Shown here: positions 16,970 to 24,864 of the stretch, piece by piece
Layout: each line of letters opens with the position of its first letter
How positions within the stretch are numbered: position 1 is the stretch's first letter
IMG/VR virus record: IMGVR_UViG_3300008255_000135
Span: 5,351-69,350 of that record
DNA: 64,000 nt
From: a virus
Taxonomy: Duplodnaviria; Caudoviricetes
Direction: 5' to 3' (one strand)
Program-made: the position numbers and the translations under genes
Notes under the pieces: model-generated
The model's input: only the letters and a program-made list of their open reading frames with translations
Told to the model about the DNA's origin: nothing
The model's database searches: none

Positions 16970-17326
16970 TCAGACATCTTTCGTGTCGTCAAGGATGGCC
17001 AGCAGGCCATCGCCGGTGGTCCCTCCATCGGCGGCCTCCAGGAGCACCGCCTTGACCCGAGCCCGGTCCGCCTCCCGGCGGAACTTCAAGGTGAGGGCCC
17101 AGATCTTGTCCTCGTCTTCCTCGACCGTCTCGGGAGGCGCCGACTCCGGCACCCGCTCACGGAGGGCTGCGTCCTCGTCCCGGAGGCGGGTCGCGTCGAG
17201 GAGCTCGAAGATCTCCTCCGCCGAGAACCCGGGGGCCAAGCTCTCGGTGTTGAAGTCCTGGTCCGAGAGCCGCCGGACTTCGATCGCCGTCGAGGAGAGG
17301 TCGAGCTCCCCGCGCAGCCGGTTCAT
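16970..17326 (-). CDS. Distal half of a split ParB-like protein
   Basis: (RIA)MNRLRGELD matches the helix that normally follows the ParB-N core; different frame from the proximal half. Confidence 0.55.
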   Translation of the reverse strand: MNRLRGELDLSSTAIEVRRLSDQDFNTESLAPGFSAEEIFELLDATRLRDEDAALRERVPESAPPETVEEDEDKIWALTLKFRREADRARVKAVLLEAADGGTTGDGLLAILDDTKDV

Positions 17327-17586
17327 GGCGATCCGGTCCCGCCGACGGTGGAGAACCCGAGCTCGATCGCCGCGCGGATCCGGTGGTGCCCGTCCGAGAT
17401 GATGTACTTGTGGACCCCCTCGGGGTCGAGGGTGACCTTGATCGCGCTGTCGAAGCCCACCTCCGCGATGTAGTCCCGCAGGGCCATGTACTGCTCCAGC
17501 GGCATCCGGTTAGGGTTGTCCGATGGGCAGTACACGTCCCGGGGGTCGATCATTGCGATGGGGCTGGGGGTTTGGGTAGATGTCAT
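17323..17586 (-). CDS. ParB/Srx N-terminal domain fragment
   Basis: DNPNRM...GFDSAIKV...IISDGHHRIRAAIELG. Confidence 0.8.
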   Translation of the reverse strand: MTSTQTPSPIAMIDPRDVYCPSDNPNRMPLEQYMALRDYIAEVGFDSAIKVTLDPEGVHKYIISDGHHRIRAAIELGFSTVGGTGSP

Positions 17587-17591
17587 TCCCC

Positions 17592-18155
17592 CTACCCTAC
17601 AGGCAATCCCATCTCTCGCGCCAGTCGCTCCGCGGCCACAGATCGCCGCAATCGTTTGCGCATCCGAGCGACCGCGCTGTACACGTCCTGGCGCGACACC
17701 CCGGCCTCCGCGGCGATCTCTTGCGGCCGCGCTTCCCCGAGCAAGACCGGCACTGCCAGGTCCAAGTCCAGGTCCGCGCCGACCTCCCGCAGTAGAGCCT
17801 GGACCTCCAGCCGCATCTGCTCGCGGCCTAGCGACTCCTCGCAGTCGACCACCTCGGCGCCCTCCGCTTCCTCCAGGTCCGCGGTGTGAAACCGCCACCC
17901 GACCCCATCGCTTGCCTTCACGGGGGCACGGGTCTGCGTGGCGAACCGGCGGACCGCGAAGTAGGCCGCCCGGGCCAGGTAGGCCCGGGCTGGTCCGCGG
18001 GTCGGGTCATACCTCCCCGCCTTGGCGGCGGTGAGCATGGCCACCCATGCGGTCTGGATCAGGTCCTCGCGGGGGACCGACGGGTAGCGAGGCTGGTAGG
18101 CCGACGCGACTTGCTCCGCGAGGGCCTGCACATCGGGCTGCGCCAGACTAAGCAC
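17592..18155 (-). CDS. Sigma70/ECF-like RNA polymerase sigma factor
   Basis: Region-2-like EDLIQTAWVAML...RYDP; region-4-like PQEIAAEAGVSRQDVYSAVARMRKRLR. Confidence 0.8.
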   Translation of the reverse strand: MLSLAQPDVQALAEQVASAYQPRYPSVPREDLIQTAWVAMLTAAKAGRYDPTRGPARAYLARAAYFAVRRFATQTRAPVKASDGVGWRFHTADLEEAEGAEVVDCEESLGREQMRLEVQALLREVGADLDLDLAVPVLLGEARPQEIAAEAGVSRQDVYSAVARMRKRLRRSVAAERLAREMGLPVG

Positions 18156-19017
18156 CGGCCGAGTTCTCCATCTCCGCCGACATGGCCGCGGCCGTGCTCG
18201 CCGCACTCAGGTCCTCCAGCTGGTCCCGCAGCGAGTCCATCCGCCGCCCCAAGATCGACTCGTAGCGCTCCACCTTCTGCGCCATGGCCTCGCACCGCGT
18301 GGCACGGGTTCGCAGCGCGCGGGGTCCGAGCTTGCCCTCGGCGAGCTCCGCCATGATCCCCTCCGCCTCGGCGACCGCCTCGCGGCCGATCGCGTCGAGG
18401 ATCGCTTCGATCGCGTCGTCCGTGGGCATGGCGGGGATCTCGAAGGTGCGGAAGCTGGTCGCTTCGCGCAGGGCGTGCGCGACTTGCCGGAACTTGCTCA
18501 GTTGGTTGTTGGGGATGAAGTAGAAACCGCCCGTGGGGCGAAGTGCGACGCAATCGCACTTCTTGACCCAGCTGGTCAGGTACCCGCTCACATCCGCGGC
18601 GGTCAGCGCATCGAGGGCCGCCGTGTAGGCCTCCCCGACTTGACCGGTGAGCCCCTCGGGGTCGTCGCCGTGTCCGACGACCACGCCCGCGCAGAGCTGA
18701 ATCTTGACGTTCTGGGTGAGCTCCAGATCCCCGTCGCGCTCGCGCTCGTCGATCAGGTGGTAGGTGTCCACCCCCGCTTGCCGCGAAAAACGCGCGAAAC
18801 GATGCTTGGTCTCCATGCCTTTGATGGCACGAAAGAATGCGGTGTTCGGAGTTGGGAGAGGGGGCAGGTCGTTGGGGTCATTGATCCCATGCACTGCAAG
18901 GGCGCCGACCAGGTTTGCGTAATCGCAGGCCCCTCCGGTGAGCGACCAGTAAACGATGGCCCCGGTGGAGTCGGTGTCGAGGCCGGGGGTAACAACGAAG
19001 GTGTTCATGGTGTTCAT
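18148..19017 (-). CDS. DUF3150/DUF6744-like protein
   Basis: GAIVYWSL, AFFRA and LRPTGGFYFIP pattern with a helical C-terminus, recognised from memory of the family. Confidence 0.6.
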   Translation of the reverse strand: MNTMNTFVVTPGLDTDSTGAIVYWSLTGGACDYANLVGALAVHGINDPNDLPPLPTPNTAFFRAIKGMETKHRFARFSRQAGVDTYHLIDERERDGDLELTQNVKIQLCAGVVVGHGDDPEGLTGQVGEAYTAALDALTAADVSGYLTSWVKKCDCVALRPTGGFYFIPNNQLSKFRQVAHALREATSFRTFEIPAMPTDDAIEAILDAIGREAVAEAEGIMAELAEGKLGPRALRTRATRCEAMAQKVERYESILGRRMDSLRDQLEDLSAASTAAAMSAEMENSAGA

Positions 19018-19060
19018 CTTGGTTCTCGTCTTTCGTGCGGCGTGCAATCGGCCGCCACGC

Positions 19061-19089
19061 AACCTAGCGAAGTGTTCCATCTATTGCAA
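19061..19089 (-). promoter_or_regulatory. Sigma70-type promoter for the DUF3150-like gene
   Basis: TTGCAA-17 bp-TAGGTT on the minus strand. Confidence 0.65.
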
Positions 19090-19101
19090 GCGGTAAAACA
19101 A

Positions 19102-19132
19102 GAAAACCGCCGATTTTTTGTCGGCGGTTTTC
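19102..19132 (-). terminator. Intrinsic terminator, possibly bidirectional
   Basis: GAAAACCGCCGA/TCGGCGGTTTTC 12-bp stem; T-rich tail on the minus strand. Confidence 0.8.
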
Positions 19133-19153
19133 ACGTGGTCGAAAGTGAGCGTA

Positions 19154-19720
19154 TTACGCAGCGGCGGAAGACTCGGACTCGGACGCGGGCTCGACCACGG
19201 TCAGGTGTCCCTTCTGGACGAAAAACACCCGGCCCTTGCTGTCACAGATCGGGACGTACTTCTTCCGCAGCGGCCCGTGGACGGTGAGGGTCTCCGCGGG
19301 GTCGAACGCGTCGACGTAGTTCTCGCGGGCCTTCTCCTTGACCACGACCTTGGCGCCCGTCTCGAACGCGGCGGAGGCCTTCGAGGCGGAAGCGACCTTC
19401 TTACCCCGCTGGGGGAAGTTCTCGGGGAGCCGACCGTAGGCGTCGACCAGCTCCTTGAACAGCTCGGCGGATGCTTCGAGGCTCGCCAGGATGTCGTCGC
19501 GGTTGATCCCGTGCTCCGCCCACTCCTCGGCGTCGGTGCAGGCCACCATGGCGATCTGCTTTGCCAGCGTCCGCGTGGAGAAGCTCTCCAGGTCGAGGGC
19601 GCGGCGTTGTGGCCACGGAGCCCGGGGTTTCTTCTTGGGGGCCTCCGCGGCCGGGGCTGCGGCGGTGTCCGTCGCAGGGGTCTCGGAGGGGACTTGGGTG
19701 TCGGAGGTCGTCTCGGTCAT
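19154..19720 (-). CDS. Hypothetical protein with possible C-terminal SH3/KOW-like barrel
   Basis: 188-aa ORF followed by a terminator. Confidence 0.75.
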   Translation of the reverse strand: MTETTSDTQVPSETPATDTAAAPAAEAPKKKPRAPWPQRRALDLESFSTRTLAKQIAMVACTDAEEWAEHGINRDDILASLEASAELFKELVDAYGRLPENFPQRGKKVASASKASAAFETGAKVVVKEKARENYVDAFDPAETLTVHGPLRKKYVPICDSKGRVFFVQKGHLTVVEPASESESSAAA

Positions 19721-19810
19721 GCTGGGTTCTTACTGGAAGTCTGCAAAAGATGGTCCAATGCGTGAATCACACAATGTGTGGTCCGTCATGTTGACCATGT
19801 CTTTTATCTC

Positions 19811-19839
19811 TTGCATCTGCCCCATCGAACGCATAAGTT
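19811..19839 (+). promoter_or_regulatory. Sigma70-type promoter for the MoxR AAA gene
   Basis: TTGCAT-17 bp-TAAGTT. Confidence 0.65.
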
Positions 19840-19901
19840 CCCCCCATCGCCGGGCCGAATCGCAAACACCAACCGCAAGAAGCACCACAGGAAACGCCAT
19901 C

Positions 19902-21110
19902 ATGAACCTCAACATCTTCCGCGCCAACTTGTTCACCCCCGGTCTCAACGGACGATGGGGCCTCCCTCGCATCTACTGGGGCCCGCCCGGGGTCGGGAAG
20001 TCGGCCAAGACCTCGGTCACCGTGCGATCCATGGGCCTCATGTGCCTGGTGATCCTGAGTTCGATCCGGGACCCGAGCGACTTCCTCGGGCTGCCGGTGC
20101 CACAGATCAACGCCGACGGGACGACCGTGGTCACCTACTCACCGCCCGACTGGGCCGTGGAGGCCGCGAAGCACCGCCACGTGGTGGTGTTCTTCGACGA
20201 GATCTCGACCGCGGCTCCGAGCGTGCAAGCGGCCCTCCTGCGGGTGATCTTGGACGGCGTGGTCGGGGGCCTGCAACTGCCCCCGGAGGTTCGGTTCGTC
20301 GCTGCGGCGAACCCGGAGAAGCTGGTGGCCGCGGGCGGGTTCGACATGTCGGCCCCGCTGGCGAACCGCTTCGGACACGAGAACACCCACTTGACCGATG
20401 ATGGGAAGGGCGCGCTCGGATACGACGACCTCGACGAGTGGGTCGACTGGCTGATCGGCTCGGGCGAATCCGCCCCCGAGGTCGAGGACACCTTCGACGC
20501 TGCGGCCGAGGAAGCCCGGGTCCTGGAGCTCTGGCCCTCGGCCTACGCCCGGGCCCGGGGTGAGATCGTCGGCTTCCTCAAATCCGCCGCTGGCGGGCCC
20601 GGGGTGTTGTTCAACATGCCGGAGCAGAACGACCCCCGGGCGAGCCGGGCCTGGGCCTCGCCGCGCTCGTGGGAGTGCGCGGTCCGAGCGCTCGCGTCGG
20701 GTCGGGTGCATGGGCTCTCGGAGATGGACGTGGACCGGTGGATGGCCAGCCACGTCGGGGTCGGGCCCATCGCGCAGTTTCGCGCCTTCATCTCGGAGGC
20801 GAACATGCCCGACCCGGAGGCCCTGCTCGATGGCAAGGTGGGCTGGGAGCACGACCCCGCGCGCCTGGATCGGACGCTCTCGGTTCTCACCGGCTGCGTG
20901 TCGCTGGTGACCTCCCCCGGCTGCGCGAACCAACCCAAGCGCATGGAGAAGCTCTGGGAGATCATGACCCCGATCGCGGACCAGGCCGCGGACGTGTGTG
21001 TCCCCGCGGTGCAGACCCTGATTCGGAAGAACCTGGCCTTCGGGAAGGCTGCGGCCAAGCCCCTCGCCAAGATGCGGCCGATCATGAAGGCCGCCGGGGT
21101 CATCCGCTAA
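19902..21110 (+). CDS. MoxR/dynein-related AAA+ ATPase
   Basis: GPPGVGKS, VFFDEIS, AAANP, SAPLANRF, SPRSWE. Confidence 0.92.
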   Translation: MNLNIFRANLFTPGLNGRWGLPRIYWGPPGVGKSAKTSVTVRSMGLMCLVILSSIRDPSDFLGLPVPQINADGTTVVTYSPPDWAVEAAKHRHVVVFFDEISTAAPSVQAALLRVILDGVVGGLQLPPEVRFVAAANPEKLVAAGGFDMSAPLANRFGHENTHLTDDGKGALGYDDLDEWVDWLIGSGESAPEVEDTFDAAAEEARVLELWPSAYARARGEIVGFLKSAAGGPGVLFNMPEQNDPRASRAWASPRSWECAVRALASGRVHGLSEMDVDRWMASHVGVGPIAQFRAFISEANMPDPEALLDGKVGWEHDPARLDRTLSVLTGCVSLVTSPGCANQPKRMEKLWEIMTPIADQAADVCVPAVQTLIRKNLAFGKAAAKPLAKMRPIMKAAGVIR

Positions 21111-21478
21111 ACGCGCATTTCGAGGGCCTGGCCATGCTGGGCCCTCGACTCGATTGTTTCACGGGAAACAGTGTGGAGCGTGAGATGGCACTCTCGACAA
21201 AGCCAAACGACCGTCCTGGGGTCGGAGTAGTCGGGGTGGTGAGCCTGCACCGATTTGGACCCACAGCGACAACGGTTCTTGGAGAGCTTCCCCCGGCGGA
21301 CCAGGACGTTGGTGTAGGGCCGGGTGTTGGCCTTCCTCCGTTGCTCGGGACTCAACTCCTGATGCCGGGGCCGGTTTTCGCGCATATAGGCGGCGTGGCA
21401 ACCCTGGCAGTAGGACCCCGACCGCGCCCCGGACTGCCGCCGCGGAGCCACCCCGCATTTTACGCACTTCTGTTCCAC
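21107..21478 (-). CDS. HNH-like endonuclease / zinc-finger protein
   Basis: CVKC...CQGC, then QAHHPDYSDPRTVVWLCRECHLTLH; GTG start with GGAAGG RBS. Confidence 0.8.
   Translation of the reverse strand: MEQKCVKCGVAPRRQSGARSGSYCQGCHAAYMRENRPRHQELSPEQRRKANTRPYTNVLVRRGKLSKNRCRCGSKSVQAHHPDYSDPRTVVWLCRECHLTLHTVSRETIESRAQHGQALEMRV
21155..21170. promoter_or_regulatory. parS-like centromere site
   Basis: TGTTTCACGGGAAACA, 15/16 match to the bacterial parS consensus TGTTTCACGTGAAACA. Confidence 0.7.
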
Positions 21479-21530
21479 AGAAACACTATCCCTTCCCGGT
21501 AAGATTTCGGCAACCCTCCCATATTTCATG

Positions 21531-21559
21531 TTTACACACTGCAAAAGATGGGGTAGACT
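21531..21559 (+). promoter_or_regulatory. Sigma70-type promoter giving a probably leaderless vWA mRNA
   Basis: TTTACA-17 bp-TAGACT, then 6 nt to the ATG at 21566. Confidence 0.7.
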
Positions 21560-21565
21560 CCCGCT

Positions 21566-23125
21566 ATGACCACCCAGCTAACACCCGCACAAAAGTTGTC
21601 CGCGGCCCGCTATCGCGCGTGCTTTGTTCACGCGCCTTACCTGGCGGTGGCGATCAACAACATGATCCCCACGATTCAAGCGGACTTCCCAAGTTTCGCA
21701 ATCTCGGAGACCCTCCACCTGATTCTCGGGGAGAAGTGCCTGAATGAGTGGACCGTGGATCAGATCGCATGGGCGCTGATCCACGAGGTCTCGCACCCGC
21801 TCCGCAACCACTTCTCACGCGCGAAGCGGATGGGGGTCTCGGCCTCGGACGCGGCGATCGTCAACGCCTGCCAAGACGCCGAGATCAACGACGACTTCCC
21901 CGGAGACCCCAAGAAGTGCTTGCCGGAGGGCTTCTGCTGGCTGCCGGCCGACCTCGACAACCAGGAGCCGGGGAAGCTGTGGGAGGAATACTACAACAAC
22001 CTACCCAAGAACGGCGCCGGCCAGAAGTTCATCCCCGGACACCCCGAGCTGGGGGAGGACAGGAAGGACCAGCAAGGACCCGGCAACCCGGGCGCCCGCG
22101 GGACGAAACCTGGCTTGCCCGAGGAAGGCGGCCAGTGTGGGTCCGGTGCCACGGGGGTGCCCGTCGACGGCGAGCCGGAGGCGGCCGAGGGAACGGGCCA
22201 CGCGGGCAAGTCGGAGGCCGAGATCTCGCGCATTCGGGAGCAGGTCGCCGCCGAGGTCCAGAACCAAGCGCAGCAAGGGCGCGGGTCGGTCCCGGCGGGA
22301 TGGCTGCGCTGGTCGGAGGAGTACCTCAAACCCCCCACGATCCCATGGCAGCAAAAGCTCCGCCGGGCCGCTCGTCGCGGGTTCGCGCATCGTGCGGGGC
22401 AGACGGACTACCGGTATGACCGGCCGTCGCGGCGTCAGTGGGGGGTGGGCATCGGCCCCGGACACCCGATCTTGCCCCGGATGTACGCCCCGATCCCCGT
22501 GGTCAAGGGCGCGTTCGACACGAGCGGCAGCATGGACCAGGAGGCGATCAGGACCAGCCTCTCGGAGTGGAAGGCCATCATGAAGGAGCTGAGCCTGCCC
22601 CTGGAGATCTACGCCTGCGATGCTGCGGTTCACTCGGCCGTCAAGGTGCGGACGATCCGCGAAGCCATGGCGGCGATGCGCGGGGGTGGCGGAACCGACT
22701 TCCGCCCCATCTTCAAGGCGGTCAAGGCCGCCGGCCCAGACCCGGACGTGCTCGCCATCTTCACCGATGGGGACGGCCCTGCCCCCGAGGTCAATCCCCT
22801 GCCCCGGACCCGGATCTTGTGGGTGTTGGTGGATTCGTGCTGGGGGTCCACGGTACCGTACAGCTCCAAGGGGAAGCCCGTCACCTACGGGGAGATCATT
22901 CGGATGGATCCCCCGAGCCTGAGAAACATCATGCGCATTCTAGTCAAAGTTTTGCACCCCGAGAATGGCAAGGGCCCCACGGAGTGGGAGGTCAAACGCC
23001 AGTACATCACGACCTACAAGGAATACTGCGGGCTCTCCTCTGAGGAGCTGGCCTACACCCGGGTGGCGTTCCTGGGGGACGACGAGAATCCCAAGGAGTT
23101 CGACCGGTCCGCGGAGTATGATTGA
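21566..23125 (+). CDS. DUF2201-type metallopeptidase + vWA domain protein (MoxR partner)
   Basis: HEVSH (HExxH), DAEIND, DTSGSM MIDAS motif, GGGGTDF, FTDG. Confidence 0.92.
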   Translation: MTTQLTPAQKLSAARYRACFVHAPYLAVAINNMIPTIQADFPSFAISETLHLILGEKCLNEWTVDQIAWALIHEVSHPLRNHFSRAKRMGVSASDAAIVNACQDAEINDDFPGDPKKCLPEGFCWLPADLDNQEPGKLWEEYYNNLPKNGAGQKFIPGHPELGEDRKDQQGPGNPGARGTKPGLPEEGGQCGSGATGVPVDGEPEAAEGTGHAGKSEAEISRIREQVAAEVQNQAQQGRGSVPAGWLRWSEEYLKPPTIPWQQKLRRAARRGFAHRAGQTDYRYDRPSRRQWGVGIGPGHPILPRMYAPIPVVKGAFDTSGSMDQEAIRTSLSEWKAIMKELSLPLEIYACDAAVHSAVKVRTIREAMAAMRGGGGTDFRPIFKAVKAAGPDPDVLAIFTDGDGPAPEVNPLPRTRILWVLVDSCWGSTVPYSSKGKPVTYGEIIRMDPPSLRNIMRILVKVLHPENGKGPTEWEVKRQYITTYKEYCGLSSEELAYTRVAFLGDDENPKEFDRSAEYD

Positions 23126-23128
23126 CCG

Positions 23129-23587
23129 GTGCGCCCCCTTCGACTGATCTCCCTGGTCCTGGCCCTCGCCTCCGTCCTCATGCTTGTCGGCTGCGGGGGC
23201 CCGTGGAAAACAACCTACGTCTCCGCGGCCACGACCAAGGAGCTGGTGACCACCGTCCACAAGGAGACGTGGTCGGAGCCGCTGCGGGAGCGCAAGACCA
23301 AGTGCGGGGCGGAGCTCGACCCCGAGGTCCACACCAAAGCGGACTTCGACCGATGCACCGAGCCGTTCACCGAGGCCGCGGCGGCCAAGGTCGTCCAGGC
23401 CCTGGAGGTATACCAGGTCGCGGCCACGGCTCTGTCCGCGGTCCTGATGGCCACGGACCCCGCGAACCCGGACAAGGCCGCGCTCCGGGCTGCGCTCGCC
23501 GAGGCTATCGAGGCCGCGACCCAGCTTCTACAGCTGCTCCCCGAGGGGGACCGGCACCTGAAAACCCTCAACAACTTGGTGAAGTAG
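23129..23587 (+). CDS. Lipoprotein
   Basis: Signal peptide with lipobox LVGC. Confidence 0.8.
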   Translation: MRPLRLISLVLALASVLMLVGCGGPWKTTYVSAATTKELVTTVHKETWSEPLRERKTKCGAELDPEVHTKADFDRCTEPFTEAAAAKVVQALEVYQVAATALSAVLMATDPANPDKAALRAALAEAIEAATQLLQLLPEGDRHLKTLNNLVK

Positions 23588-23589
23588 AC

Positions 23590-23811
23590 ATGGGCATCGC
23601 AGCAATCATCGGCGCCGTCGTATCGGCGGTCCTCACCGGCATCCAGACCAGCATCAAGACGGGCAAGGCCATCCGCGAGGCGATCGCGGATTCACTCGAA
23701 GAAGCGAGCGCGGCCGTGCGCGCTGGGAAGCTGATCCCGAACGAGGCCCTGGCCCGCGCCCGCGAGGACCTGGAGCTCGTCTCGGATCTCCGCAACAAGT
23801 TCAAGGACTGA
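23590..23811 (+). CDS. Small membrane-anchored helical protein (MGIAAIIGAVVSAVL...)
   Basis: ATG 2 nt after the lipoprotein stop; hydrophobic N-terminus. Confidence 0.7.
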   Translation: MGIAAIIGAVVSAVLTGIQTSIKTGKAIREAIADSLEEASAAVRAGKLIPNEALARAREDLELVSDLRNKFKD

Positions 23812-23812
23812 C

Positions 23813-24406
23813 ATGCGCGGCCGGTTCATCGTCTTCGAGGGGATCGACGGGGCCGGGACCACGACCCAAGCAACCCGCCTCGCCAAACATCTGGACGCGC
23901 AGCTGGAGCGGGAGCCCGCGGACCCCTACCTCGCGGGGGTCATCCGGGCATCACTCGGACCCAACGCGCCTCAACGCTACACGGCGGTCCAGCTGGCGGT
24001 GTTGTTCTCGGCGGACCGAGTGCTCCACTACGAGGGGGACATCCGCCCGGCGCTGGAGCGCGGCACACACGTGGTGTGCGATCGCTACACGCTCTCGACG
24101 TGGGCCTACCAGCGGCCGGGGTTCGAGGCTGCGGAGACCCATCTCCGGTTCCTGCTCCGGGTGACCCCGCCGCCGGACCTGACCATCGTGCTCGACCTCC
24201 CTCCCCCCGCCGCGCTCGCACGGATGGAGGACCGCCCCTACCTCGACTCGTTCGAGCTCGATCGGCCCCTCCAGGAGAAGGTCCGGGAGCTCTACCTCGC
24301 GGAGGCCCGGACCAACCCGGCGGTGGTCGTGATCGACGCAAGTCGACCCCCGGACATCGTCTTCGGCCAGGTCCTCGCGGCGATCGGGGAGCTCGACCTC
24401 GCGTGA
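23813..24406 (+). CDS. tmk: Thymidylate kinase
   Basis: FIVFEGIDGAGTTTQ, REP, LFSADR, CDRY, YQ, PDLTIVLD. Confidence 0.92.
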   Translation: MRGRFIVFEGIDGAGTTTQATRLAKHLDAQLEREPADPYLAGVIRASLGPNAPQRYTAVQLAVLFSADRVLHYEGDIRPALERGTHVVCDRYTLSTWAYQRPGFEAAETHLRFLLRVTPPPDLTIVLDLPPPAALARMEDRPYLDSFELDRPLQEKVRELYLAEARTNPAVVVIDASRPPDIVFGQVLAAIGELDLA

Positions 24407-24864
24407 TCGTCTTCGGCTTCGACCCCGGGACCAAGTTCGGGTGGAGCGTGTTCGTCGACGGTGTCCGCGTCGCCTCGGGAGTGTGGCTGACCAACCCCAA
24501 GGACTCGCATCCGGGGTACCGGTTCGAGTACGCGCGCAAGCAGCTGCTCTGGGTGTTCGGGAAGTACCCCGGGCCCGCGCGGATCGGCTACGAGGACATC
24601 AACGTCACCGTCTTCCGCGACAAGAACAACCTCCGGGTCTACGCCGGGTTGGTCGCGGCGATGCTCCAGGCCGCGTCGATCGCCGGGATCACCGACATCC
24701 AGGGGGTCGGCCCGAAGACGCTCAAGAAGCACGCGACGGGGACCGGCAACGCGACCAAGGCCCTGATGATCGACGCGTGCATCAAGAAGTTCGACGTGGC
24801 GCCCGACTCGGACGACGAGGCGGACGCCATCTGGGTCGGGGACTACTACTCGAAGGCTGCATGA
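24403..24864 (+). CDS. ruvC: RuvC-like Holliday junction resolvase
   Basis: GFDPG, YED, LKKHATGTGNATK, DDEADA. Confidence 0.9.
   Translation: MIVFGFDPGTKFGWSVFVDGVRVASGVWLTNPKDSHPGYRFEYARKQLLWVFGKYPGPARIGYEDINVTVFRDKNNLRVYAGLVAAMLQAASIAGITDIQGVGPKTLKKHATGTGNATKALMIDACIKKFDVAPDSDDEADAIWVGDYYSKAA

Noticed and set aside
19122-19141. Additional parS-like TTTTCACGTGG
   Set aside because: Only the CACGTG core and three flanking T match, and it is part of a terminator arm
19730-19972. 80-aa minus-strand ORF
   Set aside because: Spans the divergent promoter region and is antisense to the MoxR start; no motif
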